A DNA stretch of 64,000 nt from Escherichia phage vB_EcoM-fFiEco06: the sequence record NC_054914.1, one strand, 5' to 3'. The notes below the pieces were generated by a model. It was not told where the DNA came from and made no database searches. It was given only the letters and a program-made list of their open reading frames with translations. Made by a program: the position numbers and the translations under genes. Below, piece by piece: positions 47,812-64,000 of the stretch (the stretch's first letter is position 1; each line of letters starts with the position of its first letter).

Positions 47812-50800
47812 CAGTAAAAGCACCTTCAGTCACTAGTCTCAGAATTTCCAAGTTATCCGCAAATCAGGTGCAAGTACGCTGGGATGACGTTGGTGCTAAT
47901 TTCTACTATTTTGTAGAAATCGCTGAGACAAAAACGAACTCGGGGGAAAATCTCCCGAGTAATCAATACAGATGGATTAACTTAGGATATACTGCAAATA
48001 ACAGCTTCTTTTTTGATGATGCTGACCCATTGACATCATACATTATCAGAGTAGCTACAGCTGCGCAAGATTTTGAGCAGTCTGATTGGATTTATACCGA
48101 AGAGTTTGAAACTTTTGCTACAAATGCTTATACATTTCAAAACATGATTGAAATGCAATTAGCCAATAAATTCATTCAGGAAAAATTTACTCTTAATAAT
48201 TCTGATTATGTTAATTTTAACAATGACACTATAATGGCTGCATTGATGAATGAATCATTTCAATTCAGCCCATCGTATGTTGATGTTTCATCAATAAGTA
48301 ATTTTATTATTGGTGAAAATGAGTATCATGAAATACAAGGTTCTATTCAGCAAGTATGTAAGGATATTAACCGAGTTTATTTGATGGAATCAGAAGGAAT
48401 TCTATATCTTTTTGAGCGCTATCAACCTGTAGTTAAAGTATCCAATGATAAAGGACAAACCTGGAAAGCCGTAAAGCTCTTCAATGACCGTGTAGGATAT
48501 CCTTTATCTAAGACAGTATATTACCAATCTGCGAACACAACATACGTTCTAGGATACGACAAGATTTTCTATGGCCGTAAATCGACTGACGTTAGATGGT
48601 CAGCAGATGATGTCAGATTCAGTTCGCAGGATATAACATTTGCTAAACTTGGCGACCAGTTACATTTAGGATTTGATGTAGAAATCTTTGGTACTTATGC
48701 GACTTTACCAGCGAATGTATATCGTATAGCTGAAGCCATTACTTGTACGGATGATTATATCTATGTTGTTGCCAGAGATAAAGTTAGATATATAAAAACG
48801 AGCAATGCACCTATAGATTCTGATCCATTATCTCCAACATATTCGGAAAGGCTATTTGAACCTGATACAATGACTATAACTGGAAATCCTAAAGCAGTAT
48901 GCTATAAAATGGATTCTATTGGTGATAAAGTTTTTGCTCTTATTATCGGTGAAGTTGAAACATTAAATGCTAATCCTAGAACGTCAAAAATAATTGATTC
49001 TACTGATAAAGGAATATATGTTTTAAATCATGACACAAAAACGTGGAAAAGAGTTTTTGGCAACACTGAAGAAGAAAGAAGACGTATTCAACCTGGGTAT
49101 GCGAATATGTCAACTGATGGTAAATTAGTTTCTCTATCTTCGAGTAATTTTAAATTTTTAAATGATAACGTTGTTAATGACCCTGAAACTGTAGCAAAAT
49201 ATCAGTTAATCGGTGCCGTTAAATATGAATTTCCTCGTGAATGGTTAGCTGATAAGCATTATCATATGATGGCATTTATAGCAGATGAAAAGTCTGATTG
49301 GGAAACTTTTACGCCTCAGCCAATGAAATACTATGCAGAACCATTCTTTAACTGGTCTAAAAAGTCTAATACACGGTGCTGGATAAACAACTCTAATAGA
49401 GCTGTAGTAGTTTATGCTGATTTAAAATACACTAAAGTTATAGAAAATATTCCGGAAACATCACCAGATAGATTAGTTCATGAATACTGGGATGATGGTG
49501 ATTGTACGATAGTAATGCCAAATGTTAAATTCACGGGATTTAAAAAATATGCGTCTGGGATGCTTTTTTATAAATCTTCTGGTGAAATAATTTCTTATTA
49601 TGATTTTAACTATCGTGTGAGAGATACAGTAGAAATTATTTGGAAGCCGACTGGAGTATTTTTAAAAGCATTTTTACAAAACCAAGAGCATGAGACTCCT
49701 TGGTCGCCAGAAGAAGAGCATGGATTAGCTGACCCTGATTTAAGACCATTAATTGGCACAATGATGCCTGATTCTTATTTGTTGCAGGATTCGAATTTTG
49801 AGGCATTTTGTGAAGCATATATTCAATATCTTTCTGACGGATACGGAACTCAGTATAATAATTTACGAAATTTAATTCGTAATCAGTATCCACGAGAAGA
49901 GCATGCGTGGGAATATTTGTGGTCAGAGATATATAAAAGAAACATTTATTTAAATGCTGACAAACGTGATGCTGTTGCAAGATTTTTTGAATCACGTAGT
50001 TATGATTTTTATTCTACTAAAGGAATTGAAGCATCATACAAATTTCTTTTTAAAGTTCTTTATAATGAAGAAGTTGAAATTGAAATTGAATCTGGAGCTG
50101 GTACTGAATATGATATAATCGTTCAATCTGATTCTTTGACTGAGGATTTAGTAGGACAAACGATTTATACAGCTACAGGAAGATGTAATGTTACTTATAT
50201 AGAAAGAAGTTATTCTAATGGTAAATTGCAATGGACCGTGACTATACATAATCTTTTGGGGCGTTTAATAGCAGGGCAAGAAGTTAAAGCAGAAAGACTC
50301 CCTAGTTTTGAAGGCGAAATTATTCGTGGAGTTAAAGGAAAGGATTTGCTTCAAAACAATATAGACTATATTAATAGAAGTAGATCATACTATGTAATGA
50401 AAATTAAATCCAATTTACCTTCTTCCCGCTGGAAATCTGACGTTATTCGTTTTGTTCATCCAGTAGGATTTGGATTTATAGCAATTACCCTTTTAACGAT
50501 GTTTATTAATGTTGGTTTAACTCTTAAACATACAGAGACTATAATTAATAAATACAAAAACTATAAATGGGATTCTGGATTGCCTACTGAATATGCTGAT
50601 AGAGTAGCTAAATTAACTCCAACCGGTGAAATTGAGTATGATTCAGTAACAGGCGAAGCAATTTATGAGCCTGGCCCAATGGCTGGTGTAGAATATCCTC
50701 TTCCTGATGACTATAATGCTGAAAATAATAATTCAATATTTCAAGGTCAATTGCCGTCTGAACGACGTAAATTAATGAGTCCCCTATTTGATGCTTCTGG

Positions 50801-50906
50801 AACAACATTTGCGCAATTTAGGGATTTAGTTAATAAACGTCTAAAAGATAATATAGGAAATCCAAGAGACCCTGAAAATCCAACACAGGTTAAAATAGAT
50901 GAATGA
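47808..50906 (+). CDS. 7: Baseplate wedge initiator gp7
   Basis: 1032 aa; synteny. Confidence 0.88.
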   Translation: MTVKAPSVTSLRISKLSANQVQVRWDDVGANFYYFVEIAETKTNSGENLPSNQYRWINLGYTANNSFFFDDADPLTSYIIRVATAAQDFEQSDWIYTEEFETFATNAYTFQNMIEMQLANKFIQEKFTLNNSDYVNFNNDTIMAALMNESFQFSPSYVDVSSISNFIIGENEYHEIQGSIQQVCKDINRVYLMESEGILYLFERYQPVVKVSNDKGQTWKAVKLFNDRVGYPLSKTVYYQSANTTYVLGYDKIFYGRKSTDVRWSADDVRFSSQDITFAKLGDQLHLGFDVEIFGTYATLPANVYRIAEAITCTDDYIYVVARDKVRYIKTSNAPIDSDPLSPTYSERLFEPDTMTITGNPKAVCYKMDSIGDKVFALIIGEVETLNANPRTSKIIDSTDKGIYVLNHDTKTWKRVFGNTEEERRRIQPGYANMSTDGKLVSLSSSNFKFLNDNVVNDPETVAKYQLIGAVKYEFPREWLADKHYHMMAFIADEKSDWETFTPQPMKYYAEPFFNWSKKSNTRCWINNSNRAVVVYADLKYTKVIENIPETSPDRLVHEYWDDGDCTIVMPNVKFTGFKKYASGMLFYKSSGEIISYYDFNYRVRDTVEIIWKPTGVFLKAFLQNQEHETPWSPEEEHGLADPDLRPLIGTMMPDSYLLQDSNFEAFCEAYIQYLSDGYGTQYNNLRNLIRNQYPREEHAWEYLWSEIYKRNIYLNADKRDAVARFFESRSYDFYSTKGIEASYKFLFKVLYNEEVEIEIESGAGTEYDIIVQSDSLTEDLVGQTIYTATGRCNVTYIERSYSNGKLQWTVTIHNLLGRLIAGQEVKAERLPSFEGEIIRGVKGKDLLQNNIDYINRSRSYYVMKIKSNLPSSRWKSDVIRFVHPVGFGFIAITLLTMFINVGLTLKHTETIINKYKNYKWDSGLPTEYADRVAKLTPTGEIEYDSVTGEAIYEPGPMAGVEYPLPDDYNAENNNSIFQGQLPSERRKLMSPLFDASGTTFAQFRDLVNKRLKDNIGNPRDPENPTQVKIDE

Positions 50907-51903
50907 TTCAAGTGTTATCTATCGTGCGATAGTTACTTCAAAATTTAGAACAGAAAAAATGCTGAATTTTTATAATTCAATTGGAAGTGGTCCGGATAAA
51001 AACACTATCTTTATCACATTTGGAAGATCAGAACCGTGGTCATCAAATGAAAATGAGGTGGGCTTTGCCCCACCTTATCCAACCGATTCTGTATTAGGCG
51101 TAACTGACATGTGGACGCATATGATGGGAACAGTAAAAGTTCTTCCATCAATGCTTGATGCTGTTATTCCTCGCAGAGATTGGGGAGATACTAGATATCC
51201 GGATCCATACACATTTAGAATTAACGATATTGTAGTGTGTAACTCAGCTCCTTACAACGCTACTGAATCAGGCGCAGGCTGGTTAGTATATCGTTGTTTA
51301 GATGTTCCTGATACTGGAATGTGTTCAATCGCATCTTTAACTGATAAGGATGAATGCCTTAAATTAGGCGGAAAATGGACACCTTCTGTTAGGTCAATGA
51401 CTCCTCCTGAAGGTCGAGGAGATGCTGAAGGAACAATTGAACCTGGGGACGGGTATGTATGGGAATATCTTTTTGAGATTCCACCCGATGTATCTATAAA
51501 TAGATGCACGAATGAATATATCGTAGTTCCTTGGCCTGAGGAATTAAAAGAAGACCCGACTAGATGGGGATATGAAGATAATCTCACTTGGCAGCAAGAT
51601 GATTTTGGATTAATTTACCGGGTTAAGGCAAATACTATCCGTTTTAAAGCATATTTAGATTCAGTTTATTTTCCTGATGCTGCATTGCCAGGAAATAAAG
51701 GATTTAGACAAATATCAATAATCACGAATCCTCTTGAAGCTAAAGCTCATCCAAATGACCCAAACGTTAAAGCTGAAAAGGATTATTATGACCCAGAAGA
51801 TTTAATGAGGCATTCGGGCGAAATGATTTATATGGAAAATAGGCCACCTATTATTATGGCAATGGATCAAACAGAAGAAATCAATATTCTGTTTACATTT
51901 TAA
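50899..51903 (+). CDS. 8: Baseplate wedge protein gp8
   Basis: 334 aa; synteny. Confidence 0.88.
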   Translation: MNDSSVIYRAIVTSKFRTEKMLNFYNSIGSGPDKNTIFITFGRSEPWSSNENEVGFAPPYPTDSVLGVTDMWTHMMGTVKVLPSMLDAVIPRRDWGDTRYPDPYTFRINDIVVCNSAPYNATESGAGWLVYRCLDVPDTGMCSIASLTDKDECLKLGGKWTPSVRSMTPPEGRGDAEGTIEPGDGYVWEYLFEIPPDVSINRCTNEYIVVPWPEELKEDPTRWGYEDNLTWQQDDFGLIYRVKANTIRFKAYLDSVYFPDAALPGNKGFRQISIITNPLEAKAHPNDPNVKAEKDYYDPEDLMRHSGEMIYMENRPPIIMAMDQTEEINILFTF

Positions 51904-51908
51904 ATTAA

Positions 51909-51933
51909 GGGAGCCCATGGGCTCCCTTTTTTC
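51909..51933 (+). terminator. Rho-independent terminator after gene 8
   Basis: GGGAGCCCAUGGGCUCCC followed by UUUUUUC on the plus strand. Confidence 0.7.
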
Positions 51934-51935
51934 TT

Positions 51936-51943
51936 TATAAATA
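51936..51943 (+). promoter_or_regulatory. Late promoter TATAAATA for gene 9
   Basis: TTTATAAATATT immediately after the gene 8 terminator. Confidence 0.65.
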
Positions 51944-51967
51944 TTATAAACTCATAAGGAAACCGCT

Positions 51968-52834
51968 ATGTTCATTCAAGAACCAAAGAAATTGATTGAT
52001 ACCGGCGAAATTGGTAACGCTTCTACTGGTGATATCTTATTCGACGGTGGTAATAAAATTAATAGTGATTTTAACGCAATTTATAATGCGTTTGGCGATC
52101 AGCGTAAAATGGCAGTAGCAAATGGCACTGGAGCAGATGGTCAAATTATCCATGCTACTGGGTATTATCAAAAACACTCTATTACAGAGTACGCAACTCC
52201 AGTGAAAGTTGGCACTAGACATGATATTGATACCTCTACTGTAGGTGTTAAAGTTATTATTGAAAGAGGCGAACTCGGCGATTGTGTTGAATTCATTAAC
52301 TCTAATGGATCAATATCAGTTACTAATCCTTTAACAATTCAAGCTATTGATTCAATTAAAGGTGTTTCAGGTAATTTAGTAGTAACTAGCCCATATAGTA
52401 AAGTAACTTTACGCTGTATTTCATCTGATAATTCTACATCGGTTTGGAATTATTCTATTGAAAGTATGTTTGGACAAAAGGAATCACCAGCTGAAGGTAC
52501 ATGGAATATTTCTACATCCGGATCAGTTGATATTCCACTATTTCATCGCACTGAATACAATATGGCTAAATTGCTAGTTACGTGCCAATCAGTAGATGGA
52601 AGAAAAATTAAAACAGCAGAAATAAATATTCTTGTGGATACTGTTAATTCAGAAGTTATTTCTTCTGAGTATGCTGTCATGAGAGTTGGAAATGAAACAG
52701 AAGAAGACGAGATTGCTAATATTGCATTTAGTATTAAAACCAACTATGTAACGGCGACTATAAGTTCTTCTACCGTTGGCATGAGAGCAGCAGTTAAAGT
52801 TATCGCTACGCAGAAAATCGGGGTGGCTCAATAA
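51968..52834 (+). CDS. 9: Baseplate wedge / long-tail-fibre socket protein gp9
   Basis: 288 aa; terminator plus late promoter upstream. Confidence 0.88.
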   Translation: MFIQEPKKLIDTGEIGNASTGDILFDGGNKINSDFNAIYNAFGDQRKMAVANGTGADGQIIHATGYYQKHSITEYATPVKVGTRHDIDTSTVGVKVIIERGELGDCVEFINSNGSISVTNPLTIQAIDSIKGVSGNLVVTSPYSKVTLRCISSDNSTSVWNYSIESMFGQKESPAEGTWNISTSGSVDIPLFHRTEYNMAKLLVTCQSVDGRKIKTAEINILVDTVNSEVISSEYAVMRVGNETEEDEIANIAFSIKTNYVTATISSSTVGMRAAVKVIATQKIGVAQ

Positions 52835-54639
52835 TGAAACAAAATATTAATATCGGTAATGTTGTTGATGATGGTACCGGTGACTACCTGCGTAAAGGTG
52901 GTATAAAAATAAATGAAAACTTTGATGAACTTTATTATGAACTTGGCGATGGAGATGTTCCATATTCAGCCGGTGCCTGGAAAACTTATAATGCTTCATC
53001 TGGTCAAACATTAAAAGCTAAGTGGGGAAAATCATACGCTATTAATACCTCTTCTGGAAGAGTAACTTTACAACTTCCTAAAGGAACTGTTAATGATTAT
53101 AATAAAGTAATTAGAGCTAGGGATGTATTTGCAACATGGAACATTAATCCAGTTACTTTAGTAGCTGCTTCTGGAGATACAATTAAAGGGTCGTCATCAT
53201 CGGTTGAAATTAATACTCAATTTAGTGATTTAGAGCTCGTTTATTGCGCTCCAGGACGTTGGGAGTATGTCAAAAACAAACAAATTGACAAAATTATTAG
53301 TTCAGATATTAGTAATGTAGCACGTAAAGAATTTTTAGTCGAAGTTCAAGGACAAACGGACTTTTTAGATGTTTTCCGCGGAACTAGCTATAATGTTAAT
53401 AACATCCGAGTAAAACACCGTGGTAATGAATTATATTACGGCGATGTATTTAGTGAAAACAGTGACTTTGGCTCTCCTGGGGAAAATGAAGGAGAATTGA
53501 TTCCTCTTGATGGATTTAATATTAGGTTAAGACAGCCTTGTAATATTGGTGACACTGTTCAAATTGAAACATTTATGGATGGTATATCACAATGGAGAAG
53601 TTCATATACAAGACGCCAAATAAAAGTATTAGATTCAAAATTAACGTCAAAAACTTCTTTAGAAGGAAGTATTTACGTTACTGATTTATCAACAATGAAA
53701 TCAATTCCATTCTCTGCATTTGGATTAATTCCTGGAGAACCTATTAATCCTAATTCTCTTGAAGTTCGTTTTAATGGAATTTTACAACAACAAGCTGGAA
53801 CAGCAGGATATCCTCTGTTTTTGTGTGAAGGTGCTAACTCAGATACGCAAGCAGGATGTATATCTCTTGGTGGTGAATGGAAAGAATCGAACACAGATTA
53901 TTCTATAGAATATGAAGATGGAAAACCTGTCAGTCTTTTATTTGATAGAAAATTTGAATCAGGTGATATAATCGTTATAACATGGTTTAATAATGATTTA
54001 GGAACTCTTTTAGAAAAAGATGACATTATTGAATTAACTGATGACCGTTATGTTAGTAAAGGATCATCTACCGAAGTTACTGGTGATGTAGCCTTAACAG
54101 ATTTTGATAAAATCGGTTGGCCAAATGTTGAAAAAGTTGATTCTTATACTAGAACGTATAATTCAATATCATCTATTTTCGATAGCATTTATCCTGTAGG
54201 TTCAATTTATGAAAATGCTATAAATCCAAATAATCCGGTGACTTATATGGGATTTGGTTCATGGAAATTATTTGGTAAAGGACAAGTTTTAGTAGGATGG
54301 AATGATGATGTTACGGATCCAAACTTTGCTTTAAACAATAATGATTTAGATTCTAGCGGAAATCCTTCACATACTGCCGGTGGAACAGTTGGAACAACAT
54401 CGGTGACACTTGAGAACGCAAATCTTCCTGCGACTAAAACTGATGAAAAAGTTTTAATTGAAGATGAAAACGGATCAGTTATTATTGGAGGTTGTCAATA
54501 TGACCCAGACGAAACTGGTCCTATATATACAAAATATCGTGAAGACTACGCAACAACAAACTCTTCACATACTCCTCCTACTAATATTAGTAATATTCAA
54601 CCGTCTATTACTGTATACCGTTGGATAAGGATTGCATAA
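52834..54639 (+). CDS. 10: Baseplate wedge protein gp10
   Basis: 601 aa; synteny. Confidence 0.88.
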   Translation: MKQNINIGNVVDDGTGDYLRKGGIKINENFDELYYELGDGDVPYSAGAWKTYNASSGQTLKAKWGKSYAINTSSGRVTLQLPKGTVNDYNKVIRARDVFATWNINPVTLVAASGDTIKGSSSSVEINTQFSDLELVYCAPGRWEYVKNKQIDKIISSDISNVARKEFLVEVQGQTDFLDVFRGTSYNVNNIRVKHRGNELYYGDVFSENSDFGSPGENEGELIPLDGFNIRLRQPCNIGDTVQIETFMDGISQWRSSYTRRQIKVLDSKLTSKTSLEGSIYVTDLSTMKSIPFSAFGLIPGEPINPNSLEVRFNGILQQQAGTAGYPLFLCEGANSDTQAGCISLGGEWKESNTDYSIEYEDGKPVSLLFDRKFESGDIIVITWFNNDLGTLLEKDDIIELTDDRYVSKGSSTEVTGDVALTDFDKIGWPNVEKVDSYTRTYNSISSIFDSIYPVGSIYENAINPNNPVTYMGFGSWKLFGKGQVLVGWNDDVTDPNFALNNNDLDSSGNPSHTAGGTVGTTSVTLENANLPATKTDEKVLIEDENGSVIIGGCQYDPDETGPIYTKYREDYATTNSSHTPPTNISNIQPSITVYRWIRIA

Positions 54640-55298
54640 TGAGTTTACTTAATAATAAAGCGGGAGTTATTTCCCGCTTAGCAGATTTTCTTGGTTTTAG
54701 AACTAAGAAAAATGATATTTCGGTTATGAATAATCAGCCAGTAGGCGCTGTAACAATTTCACAAATAGCAAAAGGTTTTTATGACCCGAATGTAGAATCT
54801 GCTATCAATGATGTTAGAAATATGGCAGAGCAACCGGTTGGAGCTGTATTAGTTAATATAAGCGGCGTATCTCCTACTGGCGTGCAACAAACCGACTATT
54901 GGTCATTTGAAGGAACTGTTACTGATACTTCAGTCAAATCAGGTGACCCAGTTATTGTTAACATGTTTGGTATTCCAGTTAAAGCTACTAATGGAATGAC
55001 TTCAATTGAATTTACTAGTGCCGTTAGAATAGCTCTACAGGAAATGGTTGTAAAATTTATTGCAATTGATTCATTTGAAGACCATCCTACCATAGGAAAT
55101 AAAATACAAGTTAAGTATTTAGATAACCAAGAACATATCTTAGAACAATACTCTGATAAAGGAATTACTTTCAAACAGGAAATAATTTCTCCTTCTAAAC
55201 CTGGGTATGGAACTTGGCAATTATTAGGTGCGCAAACTGTTACGCTAGATAGTCACACACAACCTACAGTATTTTATTATTTTGAGAGAGTAGCATGA
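54639..55298 (+). CDS. 11: Baseplate wedge protein gp11 (short-tail-fibre interface)
   Basis: Start taken at the Met overlapping the gene 10 stop (TAATG), giving 219 aa. Confidence 0.85.
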   Translation: MSLLNNKAGVISRLADFLGFRTKKNDISVMNNQPVGAVTISQIAKGFYDPNVESAINDVRNMAEQPVGAVLVNISGVSPTGVQQTDYWSFEGTVTDTSVKSGDPVIVNMFGIPVKATNGMTSIEFTSAVRIALQEMVVKFIAIDSFEDHPTIGNKIQVKYLDNQEHILEQYSDKGITFKQEIISPSKPGYGTWQLLGAQTVTLDSHTQPTVFYYFERVA

Positions 55299-56845
55299 GT
55301 AACAATACATATCAGCACGTATCAAATGAATCAAAATATGTTAAATTCGATCCTACTGGATCGAATTTTCCTGGCACTGTTACGACAGTACAGTCTGCAT
55401 TATCAAAAATAAGTAATATCGGCGTAAATGGTATTCCTGATGCAACTATGGAAGTTAAAGGAATAGCAATGATTGCGTCAGAGCAAGAGGTTTTAGATGG
55501 AACTAATAATTCTAAAATCGTTACACCAGCTACATTAGCAACAAGATTATTGTATCCAAATGCTACTGAAACTAAATATGGTTTAACGCGTTATTCAACA
55601 AATGAAGAAACATTAAAAGGCTCAGATAATAATTCATCAATAACACCACAAAAACTGAAATACCACACTGACGATGTGTTCAAAAATAGATATTCGTCTG
55701 AGTCATCAAACGGGGTTATTAAAATATCATCTACACCTGCAGCTTTGGCTGGAGTTGATGATACTACTGCGATGACTCCGCTAAAAACCCAAAAACTTGC
55801 AATAAAATTAATTTCGCAAATAGCTCCTTCAGAAGACACTGCAACAGAATCGGTGAGAGGAGTAGTTCAATTATCTACTGTTGCACAAATTCGTCAAGGA
55901 ACTCTCCGCGAAGGATATGCAATTTCCCCGTATACCTTTATGAATTCTGTTGCAACACATGAATATAAGGGTGTTATACGCCTAGGAACGCAGACTGAAA
56001 TTAATAATAATTTGGGTGGTGTTGCAGTAACAGGTGAAACACTAAATGGTCGAGGAGCTACCGGTTCTATGCGTGGAGTAGTTAAATTAACGACGCAAGC
56101 CGGTATTGCCCCTGAAGGTGATAGCTCTGGAGCATTAGCATGGAACGCAGATGTAATTAATACTCGTGGTGGACAAACTATTAATGGTTCTTTAAATTTA
56201 GACCATCTTACAGCAAATGGAATTTGGTCACGCGGTGGAATGTGGAAAAATGGCGATCAACCTGTTGCCACTGAAAGATATGCGTCCGAACGAGTTCCGG
56301 TTGGAACTATTATGATGTTTGCGGGTGATTCAGCACCTCCAGGTTGGATTATGTGTCATGGTGGAACCGTGTCAGGTGACCAATTTCCTGATTATAGAAA
56401 CGTAGTTGGAACAAGATTTGGTGGCGATTGGAATAATCCTGGCGTTCCTGATATGCGGGGTCTTTTCGTCAGAGGAGCCGGCACAGGCGGTCATATTTTA
56501 AATCAACGTGGACAAGATGGCTATGGAAAGGATAGACTGGGCGTAGGATGTGACGGAATGCATGTTGGTGGTGTTCAGGCACAACAAATGTCATACCATA
56601 AACATGCTGGTGGTTGGGGTGAATATAACAGAAGTGAAGGCCCATTTGGCGCGTCAGTTTATCAAGGATATCTTGGAACTAGAAAATATTCCGACTGGGA
56701 TAATGCTTCATACTTCACTAATGATGGATTTGAATTAGGTGGACCGAGAGATGCTCATGGTACACTTAATCGTGAAGGATTAATTGGTTATGAAACTAGA
56801 CCATGGAATATATCATTAAACTATATTATTAAAGTTCATTACTAA
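55295..56845 (+). CDS. 12: Short tail fibre gp12
   Basis: 516 aa; synteny. Confidence 0.88.
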   Translation: MSNNTYQHVSNESKYVKFDPTGSNFPGTVTTVQSALSKISNIGVNGIPDATMEVKGIAMIASEQEVLDGTNNSKIVTPATLATRLLYPNATETKYGLTRYSTNEETLKGSDNNSSITPQKLKYHTDDVFKNRYSSESSNGVIKISSTPAALAGVDDTTAMTPLKTQKLAIKLISQIAPSEDTATESVRGVVQLSTVAQIRQGTLREGYAISPYTFMNSVATHEYKGVIRLGTQTEINNNLGGVAVTGETLNGRGATGSMRGVVKLTTQAGIAPEGDSSGALAWNADVINTRGGQTINGSLNLDHLTANGIWSRGGMWKNGDQPVATERYASERVPVGTIMMFAGDSAPPGWIMCHGGTVSGDQFPDYRNVVGTRFGGDWNNPGVPDMRGLFVRGAGTGGHILNQRGQDGYGKDRLGVGCDGMHVGGVQAQQMSYHKHAGGWGEYNRSEGPFGASVYQGYLGTRKYSDWDNASYFTNDGFELGGPRDAHGTLNREGLIGYETRPWNISLNYIIKVHY

Positions 56846-56854
56846 GGATTACAA

Positions 56855-58312
56855 ATGATTGAATTAAAAGAGTTACCTTTTGTTGATAGCGTTCCTGACG
56901 AAGGTCAGGAACGTATTTCATGGATTAAAAATGGTGAAGAAATATTAGGAGCTAGTACTAAGTATGGAAATGATGGATCAATGAATAGACCAATTGTTTC
57001 CGTGTTTAAAAACGTCGAAGTTCTTGATGAAAATGTGGGAATTCTTAAAACTGCCATTGAAACATCACAGAAAGATATTAAAACAATTCAAGGAGTTTTA
57101 GATGTATCAGGAGATATAGAAGCACTATCGCAGATCAGTGTTAATAAAAATGACATATCGAATTTAAAGACACTTACCAGTGAACACACTGATATATTAA
57201 CTGGAACTAATAATACAGTTGACAAAATTATTGCTGATATAGGTCCATTTAATGATGAAGAAAACTCTGTTTATAGAACAATTAGAAATGATTTATTGTG
57301 GATTAAACAGGAATTAGGACAATATTCTGGCCAAGACATTAACGGTCTTCCTGTTGTTGGTAATGCTAGCACAGGAATGAAACACAGAATAATAACAAAT
57401 AGTACATTATTATCTTCACAGGGCATTCGTTTAAGCGAATTAGAAAATAAATTTACTGAATCTGACGTAGGATCATTAACTGTTGAAGTTGGTAAATTAC
57501 GTGATGAACTTGGTAATAAACCAGTAGATTTTGGGCCAAATATTTATAATAGATTAAACACCATAGATGATAAACAAACTTTAATAATTTCTGATATAGC
57601 AGAAATTAAATCTTCTATTGGATACCCAGAAAATGTTTCTATAATAACAGAAATTAATAATAACAAAAGTAGCATTGAAGCTATTAATAATGAATTAAAT
57701 CAGAGTGAAGGTGTTAAACAGCGCTTAACGGCTATTGAAACTTCTATAGGTTCAGATGATATTCCTTCTAGTATTAAAGGAAAAATTAAAAATCACACAA
57801 CTTCTATTGAGTCTTTAAACGGAATTGTTGGTGAAAACACTTCGTCTGGTTTAAGAGCGAATGTTTCGTGGTTAAATCAAATTGTTGGAACTGACTCCAG
57901 CGGAGGACAACCGTCTCCTTCTGGATCTCTATTAAATAAAGTTTCAGTGCTTGAAGGAGAAGTTTCAGTTTTAAACAATAATGTTCAAAATATACAAGTT
58001 GAAATAGGAAATAATAGAACAGGAATTAAAGGTCAAGTTATTGAACTTACTTCACTTATAAATGGAAATAATCCTGACGGATCAACTGTTGAAGAACGAG
58101 GATTAACTAATTCTATAAAAACGAATGAAACCAACATTGCGGCAGTCACACATGAAGTAAATACAGCTAAAGACAATATATCCTCTTTACAGAGCAGCGT
58201 TCAAGCTCTACAAGAAGCAGGTTATATTCCTGAAGCTCCAAAAGATGGCCAAGCTTACGTTCGTAAAGACGGCGAATGGGTACTACTTTCTACCTTTTTA
58301 TCACCAGCATAA
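56855..58312 (+). CDS. wac: Fibritin (whisker antigen control)
   Basis: 485 aa coiled coil ending in foldon [27 protein letters not shown]. Confidence 0.9.
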   Translation: MIELKELPFVDSVPDEGQERISWIKNGEEILGASTKYGNDGSMNRPIVSVFKNVEVLDENVGILKTAIETSQKDIKTIQGVLDVSGDIEALSQISVNKNDISNLKTLTSEHTDILTGTNNTVDKIIADIGPFNDEENSVYRTIRNDLLWIKQELGQYSGQDINGLPVVGNASTGMKHRIITNSTLLSSQGIRLSELENKFTESDVGSLTVEVGKLRDELGNKPVDFGPNIYNRLNTIDDKQTLIISDIAEIKSSIGYPENVSIITEINNNKSSIEAINNELNQSEGVKQRLTAIETSIGSDDIPSSIKGKIKNHTTSIESLNGIVGENTSSGLRANVSWLNQIVGTDSSGGQPSPSGSLLNKVSVLEGEVSVLNNNVQNIQVEIGNNRTGIKGQVIELTSLINGNNPDGSTVEERGLTNSIKTNETNIAAVTHEVNTAKDNISSLQSSVQALQEAGYIPEAPKDGQAYVRKDGEWVLLSTFLSPA

Positions 58313-58315
58313 CAT

Positions 58316-58331
58316 GGGGCCGCAAGGCCCC
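58316..58331 (+). terminator. Hairpin after wac (weak terminator or RNA stability element)
   Basis: GGGGCC-GCAA-GGCCCC immediately after the wac stop; no strong U-tract. Confidence 0.4.
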
Positions 58332-58343
58332 AAAGGATTTTAA

Positions 58344-60045
<1,702 letters not shown>

Positions 60046-60086
60046 TAAATATTATAAACTAATTAAAGCCCAGATTAGGAGAAATC

Positions 60087-63227
<3,141 letters not shown>

Positions 63228-63255
63228 TATTAAAGCATATTAAAGAGGATTAAAA

Positions 63256-64000
63256 ATGACTTTATTATCTCCGGGCATTGAGCTCAAAGAAACTACGGTT
63301 CAAAGCACCGTGGTTAATAACTCTACTGGTACAGCAGCTTTGGCCGGTAAATTCCAGTGGGGTCCTGCTTTTCAGATTAAACAGGTTACAAACGAAGTAG
63401 ATTTAGTTAATACTTTTGGTCAACCTACAGCTGAAACTGCTGACTATTTTATGTCTGCGATGAATTTCTTGCAGTACGGAAATGACTTACGAGTAGTTCG
63501 TGCTGTTGATAGAGATACCGCTAAAAACTCATCGCCAATTGCTGGTAATATTGAATACACAATTTCTACCCCAGGTAGTAACTATGCGGTTGGAGATAAA
63601 ATCACGGTCAAATATGTTTCAGATGATATTGAAACTGAAGGTAAAATTACTGAAGTAGACGCAGATGGAAAAATTAAGAAAATTAATATTCCTACTGCAA
63701 AAATTATCGCTAAAGCGAAAGAAGTCGGTGAATATCCGGAATTAGGTTCTAACTGGACTGCGGAAATTTCTTCGTCTTCCTCTGGTTTAGCTGCAGTAAT
63801 AACTCTTGGAAAAATTATTACTGATTCTGGTATTTTATTAGCTGAAATTGAAAATGCTGAAGCTGCTATGACAGCAGTTGATTTTCAGGCAAATCTTGAA
63901 AAATATGGAATTCCAGGAGTAGTAGCTCTCTATCCAGGCGAATTAGGCGATAAAATTGAAATTGAAATCGTATCTAAAGCTGACTATGCGAAAGGCGCTT
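63256..64000 (+). CDS. 18: Tail sheath protein gp18 (N-terminal part; continues beyond window)
   Basis: ORF opens with MTLLSPGIELKETTVQSTVVNNSTG; TATAAATA late promoter at 63220-63227. Confidence 0.88.
   Translation, partial: MTLLSPGIELKETTVQSTVVNNSTGTAALAGKFQWGPAFQIKQVTNEVDLVNTFGQPTAETADYFMSAMNFLQYGNDLRVVRAVDRDTAKNSSPIAGNIEYTISTPGSNYAVGDKITVKYVSDDIETEGKITEVDADGKIKKINIPTAKIIAKAKEVGEYPELGSNWTAEISSSSSGLAAVITLGKIITDSGILLAEIENAEAAMTAVDFQANLEKYGIPGVVALYPGELGDKIEIEIVSKADYAKGA

Overview
This window is a segment of a T4-like (T-even, Tevenvirinae) phage genome, syntenic with T4 from gene 46 to the start of gene 18. Positions 1-42650 are a compact early/middle region transcribed almost entirely on the minus strand (46, 47, a-gt, 55, nrdH, nrdG, nrdD, 49, nrdC, rI, tk, regB, denV, e, nudE, a tRNA cluster, 57B, 57A, 1, 3, 2, 4), with many small accessory ORFs. 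Positions 42696-64000 are plus-strand late genes for the baseplate, short tail fibre, fibritin, neck, terminase and the start of the tail sheath (53, 5, 5.1, 5.4, 6-12, wac, 13-17, 18). Ten tRNAs were decoded by hand (Gln, Leu, Gly, Pro, Ser, Thr, Ile/Met-CAU, Tyr, Asn, Arg), followed by a stable-RNA region. Recurrent GTTTAC/TATAAT-type early promoters, TATAAATA late promoters and UUCG-loop hairpins are present. Compared with T4 as I recall it, nrdD is uninterrupted and no homing-endonuclease genes sit at the mobB, mobC, mobD or segB positions; the only such candidate is a plus-strand partial ORF at the window start. The most interesting accessory content is three genes whose products carry an internal-protein-like capsid-targeting N-terminus, a tandem array of four coiled-coil-tailed paralogs, a nucleotidyltransferase-fold protein, a macro-domain protein, an Acb2-like/Acb1 pair, and a GrcA-like gene whose GC-rich 3' half looks host-derived. 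All identifications are from reading the translations and motifs without database searches; self-derived coordinates may be off by 1-2 nt.
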